Shown here: positions 54,429-64,000 of the stretch, one piece after another
How the letters are laid out: each line of letters opens with the position of its first letter
Position numbering within the stretch: the first letter of the stretch is position 1
Assembly: GCA_050273025.1 (NCBI GenBank)
Contig: CP158635.1
Span: 1-64,000 of the forward strand
From: Cenococcum geophilum
Taxonomy: Eukaryota
Reading direction: 5' to 3'
DNA: 64,000 nucleotides
Notes under the pieces: generated by a model
The model's database searches: none
Told to the model about the DNA's origin: nothing
Seen by the model: the letters and a program-made list of their open reading frames with translations, nothing else
Program-made: the position numbers and the translations under genes

Positions 54429-55934
54429 ATAGCTGTATTAATTCTAGCCCCAGGTGTAACGCCTTAAGAGACGCGGATATTCCTTTTACGTTTACTTCCG
54501 GTATTGTTTATTAGCACTAATATGCCTATAGTGTGGGTGCGCGATAGTACTAACCCTAGCCTCTTATTCTTTATTATAAAGTTACCGGAAGATATATTAT
54601 AGTGGATCCGCCGGTCCTGTAGGCCTAAAGTGCTTCTATAACTTAAACCCAAACTAGTTAATGCAGATAACGCCGGTCTAAACTCTTAGCCGTAAAGTAA
54701 GGATAATAGCAACTACGGTAGCCCGGTACGGTTTCGGTTTATAGCTAGTATTATAAATAATAGTCCATGGGATATAAGCAACGAGAGTGCCCACCATAGG
54801 GGTAAAAGGCCAAGGCTAATGTTTAATGCTTCTCTATCTTAACCGCCTGCTAGGCGTACTTAGGACTATATAACTATACTAGGCCCGGAGTATATTATAA
54901 TAGTTAGTAATATAAACAGGCGTAAAGAAAGGGATAGGCGTAGGAGGTTAGAAAATAAGCTTTTAGAGGTGTTCGTAACTAAGGAAGAGGATAGTATATA
55001 GGATATATATATGCGGGAGAACGGAAGGAAGCTTGGCTGGTTAGCCAAATAGGCTAACTATATAGGAATAGGTAGATAAGAGGTGTTGGCGTTAGTCTAT
55101 AGGGCAAGCGCTATTAGTAGCGGCGAAGCTATTAAAAACGTTAAGGCTATACTTACCTACTGGCGAAAAAATAGTACTATAGATTTAAACTAGCAGACTG
55201 GTCCCTAGTTATCCTTATATCCTCCCTAATTATTATTATAGTCTTTGGTTACTTCTACGTCTAGCAGCTAGAATATAAACGCAGTATTATTAGGCTTCTA
55301 AAAGGCTTTTTTTAATGTTGCTAGTATTAAAGTAACCGGAATACTTTAGGAGATTCTCTATCGTCATTATTTTATACACCTCTACAATTGTTATCGAAAT
55401 GCGGAAGCACTTTTGGATTGTACGCGATTAAGTACATAGGGTAAAGGTATTAGCGACGCGTCTTTAGTTAAGCAGTAGCTCTTTAAGGCACTCTACCCAT
55501 CTATGGATACGCCTTCTTTATTACTAGCCAACTCCTCTGCTCTATCTAATAAGCAATAGTAGTACTTTATAAAGTGTCTTTATAAGGGCCATTGATGGTA
55601 TTATATATAGGAGGTACTTAGTTCTGGCATTTTTACTCTTATTCCTATATCTAAAATACCTTATTCTTTTATAGAGCGGCTTTTATTAGGTATATTTAAC
55701 GTATTTCTTAACCTTATCTAACAGTTTTACCCGGACGCCATTAAGTTTAGTTAACTAATAGAAGACTTTATATAAAATATATTGGCGGGCTAGCAGCTAC
55801 CTCATAGTTATCTTCCTATTGAAGATATAAGTGATAATTAACTGTAGGAAATGGATCTTTCCGATATGCTCTAGCTGTTTAACTGTTATCCTGCGCTAGC
55901 TATTAAGGATATTTTTTTCTTACCTATTCCTTAA
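54429..55934 (+). pseudogene. Hypothetical gene divergent from TLH, copy 2
   Basis: Duplicate of 26541-28046 at offset 27888. Confidence 0.65.
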
Positions 55935-56447
55935 GTTGGTGGGATTAATTTCTTTTATTATAGTAGTATTATTAGGTATATATTAGTAAATATAGATATT
56001 TTATAAAAGCCTTTCTAAAAATCTGCTAATTAAGGCTTAGTACATTAAGTCGTGGCTTAAATTGGGCGGTCGGCGCTATTTAACGCACTGGTTAGGGCGT
56101 ATAGTAAATCGCAGCCTTATCTCTTATTGGCACTGTAATTTTAGCACACGCGAGTTGGATCGGTGTAACCGTCCCTTAATTCCCCCTTTTATCCAAACCT
56201 AAATTAACTACTCTACTATATCGCGACCGTACATGCATATTAGTGGGATTTTGGAATTTTAGATAGGTAGGATTGCAGCTAAGGTATAGCCACAGGCCCT
56301 ACTAAAATTGCATCCGGATTGGAGCTCGTTTAGGGTACGATTCCCTTATAGTTTTGTAAATAGTTTCACCCTACCTTTGGTTAGAAACCTTGGCCGGCAA
56401 AAATTAGTTCCACCCATAGTATAATACTAAAAAGGCTTATAATAATT

Positions 56448-56770
56448 GGAATTAATAATAGTATATAATAATATCTAGGTAAGGGCTTAAGGGTATTATT
56501 CTAGGGCATGATAGCTGTAAGGACGTTAAATTGGGCGTTAAGCAATCAATTAAAGGATAGGGTGGAGACGAGGGTATAAGTCTTCTGATAATCTGCCGAC
56601 TACGTAATCTGGTTTAAAATATTATAATAGGGCAAGTTGCTTTACGCCTTAGATATACTTTACGCCTTAAATAACGCGTATTAGCTCTTAAAGTTTAACT
56701 ATATCTAATTATTTCGTATATATACCTATTTAGTGTACTTACTATAGATTATAATTTAAGTAATAGGCAT
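56448..56770 (-). pseudogene. 5' fragment of a diverged TLH paralogue, cut at the unit boundary
   Basis: ATG at 56770, first exon and GTAAGTACAC donor at 56742 match TLH 26378-26341; VKL(Q)ELIRVI(Q) resembles TLH VEL(Q)ELARLV(Q). Confidence 0.6.
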
Positions 56771-56844
56771 TTTTAGGAAGGCTTTGGAAAATACTCCCTA
56801 CGTAAGCTAGGAAGTATGCATTGCTATTTATATACCCTATCGCT

Positions 56845-59526
56845 AATTGCATCTAGCCCTATATATAACTCTTCTAGTTACTAAATTTCCCTCTTCTCTC
56901 TATAGGACGTGGTACGCCTTTGCCTTTTAGCCGCCTTGCCGGCCTAGGCTTCGCTATTATTAACTAACTTGGATACTGGCCGCTTTCTTGCCGCCAAGTA
57001 GACCTAAAACTTAAGAAAGTTATACTACTTGCGACTAATCACTTAATACTCCGCCCTCCTTGCCTTAACCGCGCCTAGAGCCTCCTCTAGCCCTTATGCG
57101 TAAATTATGCTAGCAATCTATAATATATAGCTTACCTAGTTATTTACGCTAGTATTATCTATCCCGTAGTCGCGCTTAAAGCTACTACACTTTAGGTAAG
57201 CGCGGGATATTGTAATCGCGGCATACCGGTAAAAGGTAATATTTATATACGTTTTTAAATGCTTCTCCGCCTCGCGTTTAAGTACTATAGTTAGCTAGGG
57301 ACTATCCTAGCCCTCCTCGCCTTTAGCCTAAAGAAACGGCGATGGGCAATCCTTCTTGTCGAATATAAGCAACTCTAGCTTCTGCTAGAACGGGAGAATC
57401 AACTATAGGTGGTAAACGACTAGCTCGCCTACCTCCCTTAGTAGATAGTAGTAGATAATCTTAGTGTTGCCGACAATGCTATAACCCTTATAGTAAGCCG
57501 TTACCATATTAACCAGCCCATCCTTAATAAAAATGCTCCGGTGGTGCCTATATATGGTATTAAAATGCCATAAGCTTAGGATTTTTATACCGCGAGTAGG
57601 TTGGCCCAAAGTAAGATAGATAAGCAGGAGGAGTTATTTAAGAAAGTTATTAATCTAGGATGCGTACTCCTTTATCGCCGCTAGCTTTTATATTACTTTC
57701 GCGTCCTTCTTCCGCACCTCTAGGAACTCTACCTACAGCCAATCCGTCTTAAGTATGCGATTAAGCATCTACCGTTTACTGTTAGGTAAACTGGCTTTAT
57801 TCCAAGTATCCTTAAGAAAACTCCACCCCTTAGCATTTTAAGTTGGATTATCCTTTAAGTCGCGTAGCTAAAAAGTCGGTATTATATCCTTCCGCTTTTT
57901 ATTATTATATAAAAAAAAAAGTCGTTCTAGTTCTGACTGCGCTAGTTCTACCTACGTGTAAACAAAGTTCTTAAAGTCGGTTATAGTTATTTTGAGCGTC
58001 TTATATATTAGCTTCTCGTAGTTATCCAACTAATAGATATAGCCTAGGCTTGTGGTTGTGTTCCGGATTTTTTTACCATATGCTTATAGTCGTAGCACCT
58101 AGTTAAAGGGCGATCTACTCCCGTGGATTATAAATCACTCTCTTATTTTATCTAAAATATCCGCTAGATGGTTAATATCCCCTTCTTTTGCTATAATTAC
58201 GGCCCGTTATATAACAAGCATCTACGCTATTTTAATAAACGCTAATAGGTAACTTGTGTACAAATACGCGCCCCTAAAAATCTTCTTCTCTAGGTTTATA
58301 CCTAATACGGCTAAAAACCCAACTACGGCGCTCTCAAAAAGATCGCCTTTTAAAGTATAGTCTAGCAGCAAGATGTAAAATAAGAGGTAGGTACAGTCTA
58401 GCTGGGACTCGATGTCCCTAAGGAGTATATTATATCGGTTTCGATCCTTCTTTACCTATTACTTCTCCTCCGCTTTTACGGCTAACAGCTCCTCTCTATG
58501 CCCTATTATTTAGTCTAGATAAGTAAGCTATGCGGCGGTTAACTAGTGTAATAACACGATACGCTAGTCTGGCTGGATGGTGCGAAATACAAAGCATATT
58601 AGTTACTAGAAAACTAGCTTATACCCTCTAAATGTTGCCTTCTTAAGCTTAATTATTAGCGGACGGTTCTAAGCTCTTCTACCCTAGATAAAGCTGTTAA
58701 TTTATGCCTGGTTGAATACATTTACTTTATCGGCGTATATAGAGTGGTGCAATTCCTTAATAATCTGCTTAAGGCTTTGGGAAAACTCCGTAAGTAAAGG
58801 CTCCGTTATAGGGTTAGCTAGAGAGGCTAAGGGAGTAACTTCCTCAAAGCTATAACCCTAGAGGTATTAAGGCTAACGAGTTATCTTAAGCTACGGAGAC
58901 GTCTCCGTCTAGGCGGCGTTGTCCGAAATAATATCCTCTGATATATCAATCTCCTATAGACCATCCTTTAGCAACTTATTAACCTAACTCTTTATAAAGT
59001 CCGCCTCGGGTAAAGCTTACACCATCTCCCGGCGTTGCCGCGTGCCTTCCTCTTCCTCCAGCTAAGCTGGCGAAATAATAGTGAAGAAGTGACTCCCTAC
59101 GCCGCTAATAAAAAGACGTTGGCATATTACCTTCTTCTAACGTGGCGGTGCTGGCGCGAGAGACTTGGGCGGGCGGCCTTTACGGCCTTTGCTCGAAATA
59201 TGCTCCTCTTAGCAATAGTTAGCTATCTTCTTTTCCGCTCGCATAATATACGGACACTATAGGCAAGCAAGGCCATTATAGATTGGAAGAAAAGGTATAG
59301 CATATAGGGCTACGGTAGGGGTTAATATGCGGGTAGTTTGGGGATCGGATAGCGGCTTCTGTGTAAGCTCTGCGATTACAAGCTGCACTTTCTCCTTATA
59401 ACTAAGGTTTGGGTAATTAGAGTGGCGAGTCATTAGGTGGGCTTTATAGTGGTTCGGCTTAACAGCAAACCCGCAGGGATCGTATACCCATACTTAGTAA
59501 TGCTCTAGATATTAAAAGAGATCCAT
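56845..59526 (-). pseudogene. TLH-related gene with DUF3505-like and YR-like regions but no RecQ core; RIP-inactivated
   Basis: ATG at 59526; DPCGFAVKPNHYKAHLMTRH; NGLACL(Q)CPY; VICQRLF; LGQPTRGIKILSL..SIFIKDGLV..YYKG..KIIYYYLLREVGELVVYHL; FYRYAAITISRAYL. No helicase motif I follows. Confidence 0.85.
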
Positions 59527-59809
59527 TTATATAAACGGTAAAGCTATAAATGGCGAAAAGGTCTTAAAAATAAGTAGATAAGGGCTAAGGAAATTAAAAA
59601 GGGCGATATAGGATTAATAGAGGTTTACGTCCATAATAAGTAAATACGTAAAATACGCGAAATTAATAGTGGTTTCGCTAATGTGGTAAAAGGCTTATGG
59701 ATTTAATTTCCTCGAGTTAGTGGCTTAAAAGGATTATCCAGAAAATAAAATTGCAGGGCCTAAGGGGCACGTTTATTTTACATTCCTATTAGAGCTTTAG
59801 ATTTATCCC

Positions 59810-59993
59810 TATTACGGAGTAGGTATAAGTGGATACAATATACTAAACGGAGTAGTAATTAGGAAGACTTCGTATATATTTAAATAAAGAAGAAGACTTT
59901 ATGTACTAGGTGTACATAAATAGGGGTTATAAGGGGACGGGACAAAACGTAAGTATGGGTGAGGAACGTTAAAAACGGGTAAGTCCCGTGACA
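59810..59993 (-). mobile_element. Short LTR (184 bp) with adjacent polypurine tract
   Basis: Minus strand begins TGTCACGG and ends CCGTAATA (RIP form of CCGTGACA); preceded on the minus strand by GGAG14ATT (59994-60013). Confidence 0.7.
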
Positions 59994-60279
59994 AATCCCC
60001 CCCCCCCCCTCCTTTTTACTTGGTTGTTTTTCGGAAGGCTTCTAAAATATCCTCTTACGCGTATAGAGCGCGTCGCCTTTAGTATTGGTCTTAGTGTAAA
60101 TCCGGTCGATTTAATTATTAAAGTAGTTAGTTAATAAAGTCGTTAACACAGATCGATTTGGATCGGTAGGTCGGTAGTAGAGAGGTACTGATGTACCGAT
60201 ACCCCATTAAAACAAGCGAGCGAATAAGAGGGGGAGAAAAGGTATGGAGGGCAGGATGGAATTAACGATAGGGTATAGG

Positions 60280-62151
60280 CAAAACTAAATATAAACCCTT
60301 TAGACGCTAAGATATATCCTATTAACTCTATAGAACTTAACCTTATTAATAAACTATTATAGGCAAACTATACAGCCCCTTCTTTATAGGAGTACCGTAA
60401 AAAGATAAAGGACGCTATAAGCCTATAGTCCCTTAGAAACGGCCTTCTTAAATACTATAAATAGTTAGTGGTAGTAGAGGAATAGAACTTATAGACTTAG
60501 ATTATCACTAAAGCATATACTTAAGTCTCTACGGCCCACTTAGGAAAAAATAAGACTTATAAGATTATTGGCGACCGTTACTACTAGCCTAGAATAGTTA
60601 TAAATATTAACCGCTATATACGGAACTATAATAACTACTATAGGTCTATAATTCTATAAGATAAAACCCTAGGACTATTAAAACCACTCCTAATACTAGA
60701 ACGCCCCTAGTAGTATATCTTTATAGATTTTTATAAGCTACCTATAGACCGTAACGGATATAATATAGTTATAATTCTAGTTAACCGCTTTAGTAAGCGC
60801 CCGTTTTTAATTCCCTATTATAAAAATATTAATGCTAAAGAGGCGGCCTAACTATATATCTACTATATCTACCAAATTTACGGACTACTAGATACTATTA
60901 TATCCGACTATAGGCTATAGTTTATATCGGCCTTCTAGAACGAGTTTACCTAGATCCTAGGTATTAGGCTAAAGCTCTCTATAGTATATTACCCCTAAAT
61001 AAATAGTTAAACAGAGATTATAAATCAATACTTAGACTAAAGACTTTAGCCCTTTATTAATTACTTTTAGAATAACTAGAGCGAACTACTACTTATAATA
61101 GACTACGCCCAGGCTACCTTACCCTATAACTTTATAGGATTTGCACCTATCTAGCTAGAAATAGGGTATTTACCCTATATAAGCTTTGACTGGGAAAAAC
61201 TAGAAGGGCTATAGACTATATACAAAAAACTATCTTATAAGGAAGCACGGCATTACGCTAAATACTTAAAAGAGGCCTAAAAAGTAGCCTATATAAACCT
61301 AAAAAAGGCCTAGAAATTAATAAAATAGTAGGCAAATAAGTATAGGCGTAAGCCTAACTTTACTATAGGCGATAAGGTCTAGGTTATAATAAAGAACTAA
61401 AAGATAGAACGGCCTAGCTATAAGCTAGACTATTAAATAGCAAGACTATATAAGGTCCTTAAGAAGAGAGGTAACTCCTATAAAGTAAAGCTCCCGGATT
61501 TAATTAAGGTTTACCCTATTTTCTTACTAAATAAGCTATAGAAAGCTGTAAACGACCTACTACCTAGATAAAAAAATGAACCGCCCTTACTAATTTAAGT
61601 TAATAGCGACAATAAATAGGAAATTAAAGAAATACTAGCCTATAAACTTATAAGGGGAACGCTAAAGTATTATATTAGTTAAAAAGGATATAACCTAGAC
61701 CTTACTTAGTACCCTATATAGAACTTTATAGGTAGCCCCTATAAGCTTTAGGACTTTTATAGCTATTACCCTAATAAACTTAAACCGCTAAAATACCTAG
61801 ATAAATGGATAGAATATTAGTATAATAAAGACAATAAGCTACTAGAAGAGCATAAAGATAAAAACGCCTTATAAGTATAATACGGACTATAAAGCCTAAG
61901 GGCAGGCTTTTTTGAAGGGGGGGGTAATATTACAGCGCTAGTGGAAAACGGTAGATTATAGTAGACGTTATAGTAGACGTAGAGTTACGTAAGCTTACGT
62001 AACCTAAGGATTGTATAAGACTTTAAGTAACGCTACCCTTCTTCTCCTTTCCTTTCTCTAGCTTTGGATCCTTATTTATAAACAATCTAATTATATAGGC
62101 TTACGCGACCCTCTTACCGTGCTTGTGCCTTAATTAACTAAGTCGCTAATA
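60280..62151 (+). mobile_element. 5'-truncated Ty3/Gypsy chromovirus retrotransposon: integrase, chromodomain, PPT, 3' LTR; RIP-inactivated
   Basis: AHLGKNKT..RYY(W)P (HHCC region); GLLKPL..ERP(WQ)YIFIDF; IISDY..(Q)FISAF(W); YYP(Q)INS(Q)TE; (W)EIKEILA..YYIS(W)KGY. PPT gaagggggggg at 61914-61924; LTR about 61928-62151 (TATTAC...GCTAATA, RIP form of TG...CA). Confidence 0.92.
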
Positions 62152-62351
62152 CTATTTACTAATAGCAAAGATACTATTCTATTTTTATTAACCAAACCCT
62201 ATAAATATACGATTTGAAAATACAATATACTACTATAAATTTATTAGTATATTTCTATTAAGAAAGTGGCTTATAGATTAGTAATATATATAATACCTAT
62301 AAGTTAAAACAAAGTGACCGGAATAGGAAGATATACTATATAAAAGAGGGG

Positions 62352-62512
62352 TAAGATAACGTAGTTAACGGGGTTTTGACTACTCCCCTAGTTATAACCA
62401 TTTAGAACTTTTATTAGTTATTTTCCACTAAATTAATATTTTAGCTTACTTTAATTTTCTAAATAGTTATAACTAGGGGAGCGGTTAAAACCCTATTAGC
62501 TATATTAGCCTA
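62352..62512. repeat. MITE-like hairpin: ~56-bp inverted arms around a ~49-bp spacer
   Basis: 62352-62407 is the reverse complement of 62457-62512 apart from mostly transition mismatches. Confidence 0.75.
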
Positions 62513-62880
62513 TATATTTTCTAGAATATTTTAAGTCCTTTATATCTTTATAAACCTACTAAACTAGTCTAGGTATTTAGGTATTTTTAAACAATTTTTA
62601 AGTTTTGCGAAGCTATTGCGATTACTTAAAAATTATAAGATAACTATATTAGTATAATAAGAGAACTTATATTTTAAAGCTATTAAGAGTAAAGAACTAT
62701 TTTATTAAAGGCCTCTTATTTTTAACTTTTATTTACTAATAAAATACGCTAATACCTAGACTTAGTTTAGTAGGCCTATTAGTTTTTATATAAGTTAGCA
62801 AGAGATAAAGATCTAAGAAAGTATATAATACTTTAAAAGCTATAATAAGCGTAGTTGTTATTAAATTAAAGCAACTATTA

Positions 62881-64000
62881 ATGGTACCGCTTATTACTTA
62901 TCCGTATAGGTCCCTTAAATACTTTAAGTATATAAATCGAATAATAGGGGCCTTTTAACTCGTTAGTGTTAACGCTTTTATTAACCCTCCTCTCTTTATA
63001 CCGCCGTTAATTAAAATATATAAATATCCTATAATTATCTAGGGCAGAAATATAGCGTACCGAAGTCTGCTAAACGGCCTTAACGGGAATAGGTATATAT
63101 AATATATCGCCATCTCCTATATCTAGGACTACGCCGATAAGGTCGATAATAAAATAAATATTATACCTATGCTAGACAAGTTCTATGTTAATATTAATCC
63201 TAATAAAAATAGGAATGATAAGAAGCCGCTAAGCTAGAAGGGCCTTATATAGGTGGCTTATATAGTGAAACTCTGGGGAGTAGACTACTTCTAGCTAGAC
63301 TTTTTATGCCTTGACTAGAAGGAGAAGACGCAGCTGGGCAATAGGAAGGATAAGGAGAAAAAGCTTCTAATCTGTATAATGAGCGACATCTACAAGCTCG
63401 CATGGAATGTCGTGGTCATGATGCACGGCATGGGCCTTGTCTACGATCTCGACACGCCCTCGGCTTAGATGGATCGCGCCTAGACCTTATAGGAGACCGT
63501 CGTTAACTGGAAGTGGACCTTTATCTACGTCCGGTGCCCAAATACCTAGAGGAGGACGGTGACGGACCCGTCGGACCTAATAAAGAGGTACGTGTTTTAA
63601 AAGGTGACGAGGGTGGATCCGGGCCAGCCCGGCACTAGCCTGTTCCTAGTTAGTATAGCTGATCTCCTAGACCTAGTCGATATAAGGCTGAAGCCGCCGG
63701 GTATAAAGTCGTCCAGGGTAGCGGTTCTTAACGGTATAGTTGGTGCGATAAAGACGCCCTACCGGCCTAGCGACTCGCCGCGGCGGGCGCTGCGGGCGGC
63801 TATCGCGGCCAACCTATATATTAAGTACACAGGAGTATGGCGGAGTATGTTTATGCGCGTATCGTCGCAGCTGGTAGACGTAGTGTATAGTATTATGGGT
63901 ATCTTCGGGCTGTAGATTGACCCGTACCGTAAGAGCCGCGAGCTGAAGTTCGTGTTTAACGACCTGGCCCGTAAGACTGCCGCGGTATCCGGCATCGGCC
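62881..64000 (+). pseudogene. HET-domain (heterokaryon incompatibility) gene, RIP-damaged, runs off the window
   Basis: One frame from ATG 62881: YIAISYI(W), YF(W)LDFLCLD(Q), EKKLLICIMSDIYKLAWNVVV, SA(W)MDRA(W)TL(Q)E, then DVVYSIMGIFG in ORF 63604-63915. Confidence 0.88.

Larger units (their letters stand above)
28542..56447. repeat. ~27.9 kb subtelomeric unit, copy 2 (centromere-side)
   Basis: Starts tagttacctatcctaattacccc (matches 342) and ends aaggcttataataatt (matches 28531-28546). Confidence 0.97.

Noticed and set aside
342..56447. Canonical Starship element
   Set aside because: No DUF3435 captain recognised by eye and no terminal inverted repeats; only an architectural analogy is claimed.
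28542..56447. Assembly artefact duplication
   Set aside because: The copies differ by very many reciprocal transitions, a 305-bp deletion and several small indels.
59035..59262. 75-aa plus-strand ORF
   Set aside because: Antisense to the DUF3505-like region of the TLH-related gene.
63759..63995. 78-aa minus-strand ORF
   Set aside because: Antisense to the HET gene frame.

Overview
Left end of a chromosome from a filamentous ascomycete (species not identifiable). It starts with (CCCTAA)30 and continues as AT-rich subtelomere heavily mutated by RIP (C->T/G->A, TpA-rich, in-frame TAG/TAA where Gln/Trp are expected). No intact gene is visible; the supplied ORFs are fragments or antisense shadows of pseudogenes. 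Most of the window is two head-to-tail copies of a ~28 kb unit (342-28546 and 28542-56447). Each copy holds a telomere-linked RecQ helicase (TLH) pseudogene, a divergent unknown gene, an SNF2-family ATPase pseudogene, four paralogues of a small intron-containing unknown gene and several weaker gene relics. Proximal to the repeat lie a TLH 5' fragment, a helicase-less TLH-like gene, a short LTR, a truncated chromoviral Ty3/Gypsy element, a MITE-like hairpin and a RIP-damaged HET-domain gene. Two signals stand out. (1) The middle of the TLH proteins shows a tyrosine-recombinase-like R...K...R...GH-x8-Y residue pattern. (2) A ~21-bp palindrome with core GGAAG[G/C]CTTCC is scattered more than 20 times through each unit, including at rearrangement breakpoints. 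Together they suggest, as inference only, a recombinase/helicase-driven subtelomeric mobile unit. All translations and alignments were done by eye; '(Q)' or '(W)' marks a stop codon read as the likely pre-RIP residue.
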